From Sphingomicrobium sp. (GTDB lineage: Bacteria; Pseudomonadota; Alphaproteobacteria; Sphingomonadales; Sphingomonadaceae), in NCBI GenBank assembly GCA_035576365.1, contig DATLWK010000008.1, positions 28,605 through 92,604 on the forward strand: a stretch of DNA of 64,000 bases. Reading direction: 5' to 3'. Position numbers and translations under genes: made by a program. Under the pieces are notes generated by a model that had not been told where the DNA came from, did not search any database, and worked only from the letters and a program-made list of their open reading frames with translations. This document shows positions 39,464-49,199 of the stretch, piece by piece (within the stretch, counting starts at the first letter, position 1; each line of letters opens with the position of its first letter).

Positions 39464-41152
39464 ATGACCACACGCACCGGGACCAGAACGGGCGGGCAAA
39501 TCCTCGTCGACCAGCTCAAGATCAACGGCTGCGACCGAATCTTCACCGTTCCGGGCGAGTCCTTCCTCGCCGTGCTCGATGCGCTTCACGACACGCCCGA
39601 CATCGACCTCGTCGTCTGCCGGCAGGAAGGCGGCGCCGCCTACATGGCCGACGCCGACGGCAAGATGACCGGCCGCCCGGGGATCGCCTTCGTCACCCGC
39701 GGCCCCGGCGCGACCAATGCGTCCGCTGGCGTCCATGTCGCCTCCCAGGATTCGACTCCGATGATCCTGTTCGTCGGTGATGTCGCCCGCTCCGACCGCG
39801 ACCGCGAAGGCTTTCAGGAGATCGACATCCCCGCTTTCTTCGCGCCCATCGCCAAATGGGCAGCGCGGATCGACGATGCCCGCCGGATTCCCGAATATGT
39901 CGCGCGTGCCTGGCGGGTGGCAACGGCCGGCCGCCCGGGCCCGGTCGTGCTGGCGCTGCCCGAGGATATGCTTCGCGACGAGGTCGAGGCCGCCGACCGG
40001 CCGCCGGTGCCGCCGCTCGCCGAAGAGCCCGATCCCGGCGCTATCCAGGCTTTGTTCGAATTGCTCAAGGAATCCGCCGCCCCGGTGGCGATCGTCGGTG
40101 GCGCCGACTGGAGCCCACGCGCCGCGCATCATTTCGCCAATTTCGCCTTTCGCTACGGCATTCCGACTGCCGCCGCCTTCCGCCGCCAGGACGCGGTTCC
40201 CAACAACTGCGGCGTTTATGCCGGCCAGCTCGGCTACGGCCCCAATCCCGGGCTTCAGCAACGCATCCGCGACGCCGATCTGATCCTCGCCGTCGGCGCC
40301 CGGCTCGGCGAGGCGACCACCGACGGCTACACGCTCATCACGCCCGACCATCCCGGCCAGATTCTGATCCACGTCCATCCCGACCCGAACGAGCTCGGCC
40401 GGGTCTATCACGCCGACCTGCCGATCTGCGCCGACATGGGCGAGTTCGCGGAGATGGTCGACGAATGGAGCGACCCGGAGCTGGTTCGCTTCTCGGCCGG
40501 GGAGGAGGCGCATCGCGAATGGCTCGACTGGTCGGAGCCCAAGCCTCGCCCAAAGGAAGACCGTGCAGTCGCGCTCGACCTCGGCCCGTGCGTCAAAATG
40601 ATGCGCGAGCGGCTTCCCGAGAGCACCATCATCTGCAACGGCGCCGGCAATTTCTCGGGCTGGTGGCACCGCTACTGGCGCTACGGGCCGATGCCGACCC
40701 AGCTGGCGCCGACCAGCGGCACCATGGGCTATGGCGTCCCGGCCGCGGTCGCGGCCTCGTTGCGCTTCCGCGACCGGCCGGTGGTCGCACTCGCCGGCGA
40801 CGGCGACTTCTTGATGAACGGCCAGGAGCTGGCGACCGCCGCGCAATATGGTGCCGAATTTCTCGTGATCGTGATCGACAATGGCTCCTACGGCACCATT
40901 CGGATGCACCAGGAGCGCGAATATCCGGAGCGGGTCAGCGGCACGGACCTCGCCAACCCCGACTTCGCTGGCCTCGCCCGCGCCTTTGGCTGCTGGGCCG
41001 AGACCATCGAGCGAACCAATGATTTTTCGCCAGCACTCGACCGCGCCCTCGATGAGAAGGGCATCCGCCTCCTCCACTGCAAGACCGACGTCGAGCAGAT
41101 CAGCAACCAGACGACCATCGCCAGGCTTCGCGACAAGGCGCGCGGACCGTGA
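39464..41152 (+). CDS. thiamine-diphosphate-dependent enzyme (acetolactate synthase-like family)
   Basis: VPGESFL, CRQEGGAAYMA, RGPGATN, GDGDFLMNGQE..DNGSYG TPP motif. Confidence 0.92.
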   Translation: MTTRTGTRTGGQILVDQLKINGCDRIFTVPGESFLAVLDALHDTPDIDLVVCRQEGGAAYMADADGKMTGRPGIAFVTRGPGATNASAGVHVASQDSTPMILFVGDVARSDRDREGFQEIDIPAFFAPIAKWAARIDDARRIPEYVARAWRVATAGRPGPVVLALPEDMLRDEVEAADRPPVPPLAEEPDPGAIQALFELLKESAAPVAIVGGADWSPRAAHHFANFAFRYGIPTAAAFRRQDAVPNNCGVYAGQLGYGPNPGLQQRIRDADLILAVGARLGEATTDGYTLITPDHPGQILIHVHPDPNELGRVYHADLPICADMGEFAEMVDEWSDPELVRFSAGEEAHREWLDWSEPKPRPKEDRAVALDLGPCVKMMRERLPESTIICNGAGNFSGWWHRYWRYGPMPTQLAPTSGTMGYGVPAAVAASLRFRDRPVVALAGDGDFLMNGQELATAAQYGAEFLVIVIDNGSYGTIRMHQEREYPERVSGTDLANPDFAGLARAFGCWAETIERTNDFSPALDRALDEKGIRLLHCKTDVEQISNQTTIARLRDKARGP

Positions 41153-42111
41153 GCGACCGCCCGATCATGGAACGGGCCGGCGAACTCGCTCGCTCGGGCC
41201 GGGAGCAGGAAGCGATCCGGCTGGTCGAGCAGGCGGCTGAAGCCGGCGATGCCGATGCACAGCACGAAGTCGCGCAGTGGCGGCTGTTCGGGATTTACGG
41301 GCCCCGCGACCATCAGGCGACTCTGCGCCTGCTCGCCTCCGCGCGCGCCAAGGGCCATGTCCCCGCCACCCGGCTCGAAGCGGTGCTGGTCGGCAACGGC
41401 AGCATTGCGCCGGCCGACCCGGCGAGGGCTCGCAAGCTGCTCGAACAGGTCGCCGACCGCGACGCCGAAGCGCGGGCGCAGCTCGCCCTGCTCGACGCCA
41501 TGCCGCCGCTCGAAGCCGTGGAGCAGCTGGACCGCGAGCATTTATCCGCCGACCCGCCGGTCACGCTCGTCCGAAATTTCTTGAGCCCGGCCGAATGCAG
41601 CTATTTGACCGCCAGGGCGAGCCCCCAGCTCCAGCCGTCCTTCGTCATCGACCCGCGCAGCGGCGGGCGTATCCCCCACCCGGTGCGCACCTCGAGCGGG
41701 ATGAACTTCGGTCCGATGGACGAGGACCTCGTCATTTACGCGCTCAATCGGCGGATCGCTGCGGCGAGCGGCACTGCAGTCGAGAATGGCGAATTGCTTC
41801 AGATCCTGCGCTACGATCCGGGCCAGGAATATCGGCCGCACCTCGACGCGGTCGCCGGCCTCGGCAATCAGCGTGAATGGACGCTGCTGGTCTGGCTGAA
41901 TGATGATTACCAGGGCGGCGAAACCTGTTTTCCCGAGCTCGGCATCACCGCCAAGGGCAAGGCGGGCGACGCCCTGATCTTCCGCAACGCCGGGCGCGAC
42001 GGCGACCCGGACATGCGGATGCGCCATGCCGGAGCGCCAGTGACCAGCGGCACCAAATGGCTCGCCAGCCGCTGGATTCGCCGCTCAACATTTTCGCCCT
42101 GGGAAAACTGA
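41149..42111 (+). CDS. Sel1/TPR-like repeat plus prolyl-4-hydroxylase-type 2OG-Fe(II) oxygenase
   Basis: QILRYDPGQEYRPHLD, HAGAPVTSGTKWLASRW; helical repeat N-terminus. Confidence 0.9.
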   Translation: MSDRPIMERAGELARSGREQEAIRLVEQAAEAGDADAQHEVAQWRLFGIYGPRDHQATLRLLASARAKGHVPATRLEAVLVGNGSIAPADPARARKLLEQVADRDAEARAQLALLDAMPPLEAVEQLDREHLSADPPVTLVRNFLSPAECSYLTARASPQLQPSFVIDPRSGGRIPHPVRTSSGMNFGPMDEDLVIYALNRRIAAASGTAVENGELLQILRYDPGQEYRPHLDAVAGLGNQREWTLLVWLNDDYQGGETCFPELGITAKGKAGDALIFRNAGRDGDPDMRMRHAGAPVTSGTKWLASRWIRRSTFSPWEN

Positions 42112-42126
42112 CGTCGCGCCGGGGCC

Positions 42127-43446
42127 TCAAAGCCCGAAGGGATAGGTTTCCTCCTCGCCCGGACGCTGTTGCCCCGGAAGCGGAGTGACGGCCTTGGTTT
42201 GGTCGAACCACAGCCAGGCGTCGTACTGCTGGGGCAGGATCGCCTCGGAATAATGGCTCCAGCGCTCGGTCTCCGGGCGGTAAATAACTCCAATGTAGCG
42301 CTGGAGCCGAGGCTCCATCAGTTCCTCGATCAGTTCCTCGCCCGCGGCCCCCTCCCGCAAGTCGAGCAGGAAGCGCTCGACGCCACTGTCATGAGACATG
42401 CGCTCGTAGCTGCCGGGGAGCGACGGCCGCACCGGCTTGATTCGCATCGGCTCGTCCCAGTCGTCGGCAGCGGCGACCGTGCCGCTGTGAGTGCCGAGAC
42501 CGATCAGCCGCGCCTCCTCGCCGAACCGTTCCTTGGCGAGCTGCCCGATGTTGAGCTCGCCCCGCCTTCGGCCCATGTCGGTGTAAGCGGCATTGCCGAT
42601 GTGGCTGTTGTGCGCCCACACAACCGCCCGGGAATCCGGTCCCTTGGCGTCGAGCAGCTGGCACAGCGTCTCGAACATGTGGGTGTCGCGCAGATTCCAG
42701 CTTTCGGCCGCGCCTTCGTACATCACGCGGTAATAGGCCTCGGCATTCTTGACGAGCCGCGCGTTGGCCTGCGCATCGAGCCACTCGTCACACTCCTCAC
42801 CCAGGCAGTCGAAGCTGCGCTGCATCAGGTCGCGAAGCATCTGCAGCACCTGCACCTCGCAGCGCGCATAGCCGTCGAAGATCGCCATCCGGCCATAAGC
42901 GGCGGGATTGTCGCGCCACGGCTCGAGACAGCCGTAGCGCTGCCTGGCGATCTTCGCCGCGTCGGGGTCCTGCCGGTCGAGAAAATCGATCACCGCCCGC
43001 ATCGAGGCGCTGAGGTTGTAGAGGTCGAGGCCGTAAAATCCCGCCATCTGTTCATAGGCCCAACCCGCGTTGAACTGCCGAATCCAGCGAACGAAGTCGT
43101 CGACCTCGGCATTGCGCCACATCCAGGTCGGGAAGCGTTCGAATGCGCGCTCCTCGCCCTCTCGCCCCGGCCGATGCCGGACGTATCGGTCGATGCTCGC
43201 GGCGTCGGGCCAGTCGGCCTCGACGGCGACGATATTGAAACCGTGGCGCTCGATCAGCCGCCTCGAGATCGCCGCCCGGGCGCGGTAGAATTCGCTCGTG
43301 CCGTGGCTCGCCTCGCCGAGCAGGATGACGCGGGCGTCGGCAAAGCGGTCGAACATTGCCGCGAACGCGGGATCGTCGATTTCGGGCAGGGATTCTGCCG
43401 AACGGCGGATCAGCTCGGGCAGCAGCTCGACATCGACATCAAGCAT
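42127..43446 (-). CDS. erythromycin esterase family protein
   Basis: LLGEASHGTSEFY, VAVEADWPDA, SWNLRDTHM, VWAHNSHIG. Confidence 0.92.
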   Translation of the reverse strand: MLDVDVELLPELIRRSAESLPEIDDPAFAAMFDRFADARVILLGEASHGTSEFYRARAAISRRLIERHGFNIVAVEADWPDAASIDRYVRHRPGREGEERAFERFPTWMWRNAEVDDFVRWIRQFNAGWAYEQMAGFYGLDLYNLSASMRAVIDFLDRQDPDAAKIARQRYGCLEPWRDNPAAYGRMAIFDGYARCEVQVLQMLRDLMQRSFDCLGEECDEWLDAQANARLVKNAEAYYRVMYEGAAESWNLRDTHMFETLCQLLDAKGPDSRAVVWAHNSHIGNAAYTDMGRRRGELNIGQLAKERFGEEARLIGLGTHSGTVAAADDWDEPMRIKPVRPSLPGSYERMSHDSGVERFLLDLREGAAGEELIEELMEPRLQRYIGVIYRPETERWSHYSEAILPQQYDAWLWFDQTKAVTPLPGQQRPGEEETYPFGL

Positions 43447-44104
43447 CGCGCCAGCCCTCCTCGCCGATCAACGGCACGAAGCGGACGGCGCCGAGGTTCT
43501 CCTCGATCAGCTGGCCGTTCGGACGCTTGGTGACCTTGATCAGCTCCTGCACCCAGCCCGGTTCGCCGACGGGCATCACCAGCCGGCCTCCGTCGGCGAG
43601 CTGGTCGATCAGCGGTCGCGGCACATGGCTGCCGCTGGCGGCCGCGGTGATGGCGTCAAACGGCGCGTGCTGCGGGCAGCCCTTGGTGCCGTCGCCCTCG
43701 ACGATGATCACATTGTCGTAGCCGAGCCGTTCCATCCGCTCCCGGGCCACGACCGCCAGATCCGGGTGGCGCTCGATCCCGATCACCTGCCGGGCGATGC
43801 GGCTCATTACCGCCGCGGCATAGCCCGAGCCGGCACCGACCTCGAGCACCTTCTCCCCCGGTCGCATTCCGGCGGCCTGGATCATCAGCCCGACGATGTA
43901 AGGCTGGGAGATGGTCTGGCCGGATTCGATCGGCAGCGGGTGATCGCCGTAGGCCAGGTGCCGATATTCGTCGCTGACGAAGTCCTCACGAGGCACGGCG
44001 AGGAAGGCTTCGAGGATGTAGGACTCGTCGATCCCGCGGCGCCGCAAATGGCGCTCGATCATCCGCTCGCGCTCGGCGGTGAAGTCCGTCATGGTCGGGG
44101 CCAT
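43439..44104 (-). CDS. pcm: protein-L-isoaspartate O-methyltransferase
   Basis: VPREDFV, GQTISQPY, VLEVGAGSGY, GDGTKG, VRFVPL. Confidence 0.95.
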   Translation of the reverse strand: MAPTMTDFTAERERMIERHLRRRGIDESYILEAFLAVPREDFVSDEYRHLAYGDHPLPIESGQTISQPYIVGLMIQAAGMRPGEKVLEVGAGSGYAAAVMSRIARQVIGIERHPDLAVVARERMERLGYDNVIIVEGDGTKGCPQHAPFDAITAAASGSHVPRPLIDQLADGGRLVMPVGEPGWVQELIKVTKRPNGQLIEENLGAVRFVPLIGEEGWRDA

Positions 44105-44123
44105 GGTCCCACCTCGGACCGAC

Positions 44124-44148
44124 AACCCGTCGCGGCAGCGCACGTTCC
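44124..44148 (-). promoter_or_regulatory. putative EcfG/sigmaT promoter for the pcm-esterase operon
   Basis: Minus strand GGAAC-N16-GGTT, about 20 nt upstream of the start. Confidence 0.55.
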
Positions 44149-44175
44149 CGGAAGCCTACCTCGGCGCTGTGCCGG

Positions 44176-45999
44176 TCACTCGACCGTCACGCTCTTGGCG
44201 AGGTTGCGCGGCTGATCGACGTCGGTGCCCTTGAGCACGGCAGTGTGATAAGCGAGAAGCTGCACCGGGACCGCGTAAACCAGAGGCGCGATCAGCGGGT
44301 GAACCTCGGGCATCTCGATGGTCGCCATGCAGCTCTCGCCCGCCTGGTCCAGCCCCTTCGAATCGCTGATCAGGACGATCTTGCCGCCCCGCGCCCGCAC
44401 CTCCTGCATGTTGCTGACGGTCTTTTCGAACAGGGGACCGGAAGGGGCGATGACGATCACCGGCACATGCTCGTCGATGAGGGCGATCGGGCCATGCTTC
44501 ATCTCGCCGGCGGCATAGCCTTCGGCATGAATGTAGCTGATCTCCTTGAGCTTCAGCGCGCCTTCCAGGGCCATTGGATAATCCGGGCCGCGGCCGAGGT
44601 AGAGCACGTCCCGAGCCGGGGCGATGAGGTGCGCCATGGCGGCGATATCGTCGTCATGGCCAAGCGCCGAGTTGAGCGCCGCTGGCGCCTGCTGAAGCTG
44701 GGCGACAATGTCCTTTTCATCGTCGCGGCCGATCCTGCCCTTGGCGCAGGCGAGGTTGGCGACCAGCGCGGCGAGGACTGCGAGCTGACAGGTGAAGGCC
44801 TTGGTCGAGGCCACTCCGATTTCCGGCCCGGCGTGGGTCGGAAGCAAAAGGTCGGCCTCGCGCGCCATCGAGCTGGTCGGGACATTGACCACGACGGCGA
44901 TTCGCTGCCCTTCGGAGCGGGCGTGGCGGAGTGCGGCGAGCGTGTCTGCAGTCTCTCCGGACTGGCTGATGAACAGGGCGAGCCCGCCGGGCTCGAGCAC
45001 CGGTTGCCGGTAGCGGAACTCACTCGCGACATCGATGTCGACCGGAACCCGAGCAAATTGCTCGAACCAATATTTGGCGACCATCCCGGCGTAGTAGCTG
45101 GTGCCGCACGCCACCATCGTCACGCGGTTGACCGCGGCGAGGTCGAGATCGCCGGCGGGTAATGCAACCCTGCCTTCAAACGGGCGGAGGTAGCTTTGCA
45201 GGGTCTGGGCAACCACCACCGGTTGCTCGAAGATCTCCTTCTGCATGTAGTGGCGATAATTGCCCTTCTCGATCCGCGCTGCCGAGGCACCCGAGTCGAC
45301 GATTTCGCGATCGACCGGCTGATTTTCATGGTCGTAGATTTGGATGCGGTCGCCGCGCACCACTGCCCAATCGCCCTCTTCGAGATAGGCGATGCGCTGG
45401 GTCCACGGCGCCAGCGCCAGGGCGTCCGAGCCGAGATAATTTTCGCCGTCGCCGAAGCCGACGGTCAGCGGCGCTCCCAGCCGGGCTGCGATGAGCAGGT
45501 CCGGATGCTCGCGGAACAGGAAGGCAATGGCGAAGGCTCCCTGAAGCCGAGGGAGCACTGCTGCTACCGCATCCGAAGGCGACAACCCGTTTTCCATCTC
45601 GCTCGCGACGAGATGTCCGACGACTTCGGTGTCGGTCTCGCTTTCGAACTTGCGCCCGGCCGCGATCAGTTCGTCTCTCAACGGCTTGAAATTCTCGATG
45701 ATGCCGTTGTGCACCAGCGCCACGGATCCGACGATGTGTGGATGGGCGTTGCCGACGGTCGGGGCGCCATGCGTCGCCCAGCGCGTGTGGGCGATGCCGA
45801 TCCTGCCCCCAAGCGGATCGCGCTTGAGTTCGCGGGCGAGATTGTCGAGCTTCCCCTCGGCCCGCCGGCGCTTCAACTCACCATCGTCGATGGTGCAGAT
45901 GCCGGCCGAATCGTAACCGCGATATTCGAGCCGCTTGAGTCCATCGAACAGGCGGCCGGCGACTTCTTTACTGGCAACGATTCCAACGATTCCGCACAT
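44176..45999 (-). CDS. glmS: glutamine--fructose-6-phosphate aminotransferase
   Basis: MCGIVG, RLEYRGYDSAG, AHTRWATHG, SQSGETADT, VASTKAFT, PRNLAKSVTVE. Confidence 0.99.
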   Translation of the reverse strand: MCGIVGIVASKEVAGRLFDGLKRLEYRGYDSAGICTIDDGELKRRRAEGKLDNLARELKRDPLGGRIGIAHTRWATHGAPTVGNAHPHIVGSVALVHNGIIENFKPLRDELIAAGRKFESETDTEVVGHLVASEMENGLSPSDAVAAVLPRLQGAFAIAFLFREHPDLLIAARLGAPLTVGFGDGENYLGSDALALAPWTQRIAYLEEGDWAVVRGDRIQIYDHENQPVDREIVDSGASAARIEKGNYRHYMQKEIFEQPVVVAQTLQSYLRPFEGRVALPAGDLDLAAVNRVTMVACGTSYYAGMVAKYWFEQFARVPVDIDVASEFRYRQPVLEPGGLALFISQSGETADTLAALRHARSEGQRIAVVVNVPTSSMAREADLLLPTHAGPEIGVASTKAFTCQLAVLAALVANLACAKGRIGRDDEKDIVAQLQQAPAALNSALGHDDDIAAMAHLIAPARDVLYLGRGPDYPMALEGALKLKEISYIHAEGYAAGEMKHGPIALIDEHVPVIVIAPSGPLFEKTVSNMQEVRARGGKIVLISDSKGLDQAGESCMATIEMPEVHPLIAPLVYAVPVQLLAYHTAVLKGTDVDQPRNLAKSVTVE

Positions 46000-46147
46000 T
46001 CCCGATACATCCTTTGAGACTCGGCGCTTGGGCCCTCGCTACAGCCATTGTTGCCCAAGCGCATCAGTTTCCAACCGAAGCATTTTTGCACTTTCGCCGG
46101 AGCAAACCGCTGCTAGCTTGCCCGCGCCGGGAAAGGGGGAATTTTCC

Positions 46148-46756
46148 GTGAAACTAAAGTTGCTGGGTACGTCGGCAATGCTGGCGTGCGCGACCTTGCC
46201 GCATACTGCCCACGCCGAGCCGACCCCGGAAGCGGCATCGCCAGCGCCAGCAACCGGGTCAACCGATGCGCGGCCGATGGCACCGGCCGTGCCTCCATGC
46301 TGTATTGTTCCTTCACTGACCGTGATCGAGCTCGAGATCGTCGATCCGGCAAGCAGCCGAACGAGCCAGATCGGCGATTCGATCAGGATCCGCACCGCCG
46401 AGCCCGTCACTGTCGATGGCAAGATCGTGATCCCGGCCGGCACGGAGGGACATGCCGAGGTCATCCAGGCCTCGAAGGCGCGGATGATGGGCAAGGCCGG
46501 CGAACTGACGCTCGGCATGCCCCGTCTGGAGCTTCATGGGCAGCGCATCCCCCTCAAGCGCCTACGCTACGGCAGGAGCAGCGGCCACAGCGCAACGACC
46601 GAGACGATGGTCGCAACGGCGCTCGTCGGCATTCCCGGCATGCTCATCACCGGCGGCAACGTCGACGTCCAAAGCGGCGCCCGCGCCAACGCGCTCGTCG
46701 CGGCGGAGACTCACATCACCATACCGACGACTGATTTCGACAAGGGAGAAAAGTAA
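46148..46756 (+). CDS. hypothetical exported protein (possible TrbI/VirB10-like beta domain)
   Basis: Signal peptide, Pro-rich linker, beta-rich core VTVDGKIVIPAGT..GKAGELTL, Gly/Ala hydrophobic segment. Confidence 0.75.
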   Translation: MKLKLLGTSAMLACATLPHTAHAEPTPEAASPAPATGSTDARPMAPAVPPCCIVPSLTVIELEIVDPASSRTSQIGDSIRIRTAEPVTVDGKIVIPAGTEGHAEVIQASKARMMGKAGELTLGMPRLELHGQRIPLKRLRYGRSSGHSATTETMVATALVGIPGMLITGGNVDVQSGARANALVAAETHITIPTTDFDKGEK

Positions 46757-46758
46757 AC

Positions 46759-47262
46759 ATGCATTTCAAAACTGTTTTGATGATCGGCGCCCTGGCGGCG
46801 CTGGCGGTGCCGGCACAGGCGGCCGACAAGAGCACTGCAGCAGCATCTCCGATGCCGGCGAAGATTGCGCCCGAGATCGCCCCTCCGCCGCCCGGCATGG
46901 GCCAGGTGGTATTCTATCGTCCTTCGGCGATGGGCGCGCTGATCAGCTGCCGGGTCCATCAAGCCGGCCAGGTCGTGAACAAGCTGCCGCCGGGCAAATA
47001 TTTCGTCCATCAGACGACTCCGGGCGTTCACGAATATATGGTGAAGAGCGAGGCTAAGGACGTGCTTCGCATCGCCGTCGAGGAAGGCGAGACGCACTAT
47101 GCCCGCTGCGCAATCGGCATGGGCCTGGTGGCCGGCCGGCCGAACCTGTCGAGCCAGGATCGCGCCGATTTCGACAAGCGCGGTAAGAATCTGAAGCTGC
47201 AGGCGCCGTTCGATGCGAAGGAAGATGAGGCGGCCGGTCCGGCCGAAGAAACCAAGGGCTGA
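46759..47262 (+). CDS. DUF2846-like exported protein
   Basis: Signal peptide; PPPGMGQVVFYRP, KLPPGKYF...PGVH, VEEGETHY. Confidence 0.8.
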   Translation: MHFKTVLMIGALAALAVPAQAADKSTAAASPMPAKIAPEIAPPPPGMGQVVFYRPSAMGALISCRVHQAGQVVNKLPPGKYFVHQTTPGVHEYMVKSEAKDVLRIAVEEGETHYARCAIGMGLVAGRPNLSSQDRADFDKRGKNLKLQAPFDAKEDEAAGPAEETKG

Positions 47263-47274
47263 GCCCGGTCTTGG

Positions 47275-48630
47275 TTACTCCGCCGCTTTCCGGGCCATGC
47301 GCTCGCGAAAGCGGCGGGCCCAGCCGGCGATGCCTTTTTGATCGCTGCGCTCCAAAGCCAGGCTGTCAGGCTCGACGTCGCTGGTGATCACCGATCCGGC
47401 TCCGACGATCGCGCCGTCGCCGATGACCACGGGCGCGACGAGCGCAGTGTTGGAGCCGATGAAGGCTCCGGCGCCGATCACGGTGCGGTGCTTGCCGAAT
47501 CCGTCGTAGTTGCAGGTGATCGTCCCGGCACCGATGTTGGCGCCCTCGCCGACCTCGGAATCGCCGACGTAGGACAGGTGGTTCGCCTTGGCGCCGGCGG
47601 CCAGATGCGCGTTCTTCAGCTCGACAAAATTGCCGACCCGCGCTTTCTCGCCGATGCGCGAGCCCGGCCGGACCCGGGCGAACGGGCCGACGCTGGCACC
47701 GGCGCCGATCGCCGCGCCTTCGATATGGCTGAACGCCTTGATGGTGGCGCCGTCCGCGACCTCGACTCCCGGGCCGAACACGACGTGGGGCTCGACCGTC
47801 ACGTCGCGGCCCAGCCGGGTGTCGAACGCGAACCAGACGCTTTCCGGGTCGATCAAGGTGGCACCTTCGTCGAGGGCCTGCTCGCGCCTGCGCCGCTGCC
47901 ATTCGAGCTCGAGGTGAGCGAGCTCGGCGCGGCTGTTGACGCCGGCAGCTTCGTAAGGATCCCCTTCGATCACGACCGCCTCGCGCCCTTCGGCGGCGGC
48001 GATGTTGACGATGTCGGGCAAGTAATATTCCTGGGCGGCATTGTCGTTGCCGACCTGACCGAGCCAGCGGAACAGGTCGCGGCAGCGAACCGCAAGCATT
48101 CCGCTGTTGCAAAGGTCGATCGCTCGCTCTTCCGGCGTGGCGTCACGGAACTCGACCATTTTCGCAATACGGTCGCCCTCGCCGAGGATGATCCGCCCGT
48201 AGGCAGCCGGGTCGAGGGGCCGCGAGGCGAGCACGACGACTCCCGGCCCGTCGTCGCCGTTCAATCGGTCGAGCATGCGCTCGAGCGTCCCTGGCCGCAC
48301 GAAGGGGGTGTCGGCGTAAAGCACGAGGACGGCGCCGTCATAGCCGTCCAGCGCCCCGGCGGCCTGCATCACGGCATGGCCGGTGCCCTTCTGCTCGGCC
48401 TGGTGAGCGACGTCGACCCCGCGGCCTTCGAGCGCCCGCTCGACCTGGTCGCGGCCCTTGCCGACCACCACCACCCGCTTCTCGGCACCGAGCGCCTCGA
48501 CCCGGTCGAGAAGGTGGAGGAGCAGCGGCCGGCCGGCGATCGGGTGAAGCACCTTGTGAGTGTCCGAGCGCATGCGCGTGCCTTGCCCCGCGGCAAGGAT
48601 GACGACGGAGAAATTCTGGGGCGTGGCCAT
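47275..48630 (-). CDS. glmU: UDP-GlcNAc pyrophosphorylase / GlcN-1-P acetyltransferase
   Basis: VILAAGQGTRM, QKGTGHAV, EYYLPD, HLSYVGD, GAGTITCNYDG. Confidence 0.99.
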   Translation of the reverse strand: MATPQNFSVVILAAGQGTRMRSDTHKVLHPIAGRPLLLHLLDRVEALGAEKRVVVVGKGRDQVERALEGRGVDVAHQAEQKGTGHAVMQAAGALDGYDGAVLVLYADTPFVRPGTLERMLDRLNGDDGPGVVVLASRPLDPAAYGRIILGEGDRIAKMVEFRDATPEERAIDLCNSGMLAVRCRDLFRWLGQVGNDNAAQEYYLPDIVNIAAAEGREAVVIEGDPYEAAGVNSRAELAHLELEWQRRRREQALDEGATLIDPESVWFAFDTRLGRDVTVEPHVVFGPGVEVADGATIKAFSHIEGAAIGAGASVGPFARVRPGSRIGEKARVGNFVELKNAHLAAGAKANHLSYVGDSEVGEGANIGAGTITCNYDGFGKHRTVIGAGAFIGSNTALVAPVVIGDGAIVGAGSVITSDVEPDSLALERSDQKGIAGWARRFRERMARKAAE

Positions 48631-48740
48631 CTCGGCGCGAGCAATGGCACGGCGGCCGAAGCAGCGCCAGTGGGGCGACGCCAAAGAAATAAGCGGCTCC
48701 TTGCGGAGCCGCCCACCGAGAGGAAAATCGTTTTGGTGGC

Positions 48741-49175
48741 CTAGAAGGCGTTCATATACGCCTCGTTCCCGACAAACCCCATTTTGTCGACCCGGGCTCG
48801 CTTGGTGATGGCGAGCACCTCGTCGACGAGCTCGTAGCGGGCATTGGGCTCAGGCTGCAGATGCAGCTCCGGAGTCGGGTTCATCTGCTGGGTCTGGTCG
48901 AGATACAGCCGCAGCTGCTGCTGATTGACCGAAGTCCCGTTCCACAGGATTTCGCCCCCGCCGGTAATTACGATCTTGTTCTTGATCGGGTCGATCGGCG
49001 GCGGGTTGGTGACGTCCTGGTTCTGCGGCAGGTCGAGCTTCACCGCGTGCGTCTGCACGGGAATGGTGATGATGAACATGATCAGAAGCACCAGCAGGAT
49101 GTCGATGAGAGGGACGACATTCATGTCCATCATCGGCTCGCCGGCTTCGTTGTTGCTGGTGGTCTGCATCGCCAT
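48741..49175 (-). CDS. exbD: ExbD/TolR biopolymer transport protein
   Basis: DMNVVPLIDILLVLLIMFII. Confidence 0.92.
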   Translation of the reverse strand: MAMQTTSNNEAGEPMMDMNVVPLIDILLVLLIMFIITIPVQTHAVKLDLPQNQDVTNPPPIDPIKNKIVITGGGEILWNGTSVNQQQLRLYLDQTQQMNPTPELHLQPEPNARYELVDEVLAITKRARVDKMGFVGNEAYMNAF

Positions 49176-49199
49176 GGCGATAGTCTCCTAAGCGTTTAC

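Noticed and set aside
43439-43446. pcm/esterase junction as a frameshifted fusion
   Set aside because: The esterase has its own ATG and RBS; ordinary overlapping genes
46000-46147. glmS ribozyme
   Set aside because: Conserved ribozyme core not recognisable, and the family is mainly Gram-positive
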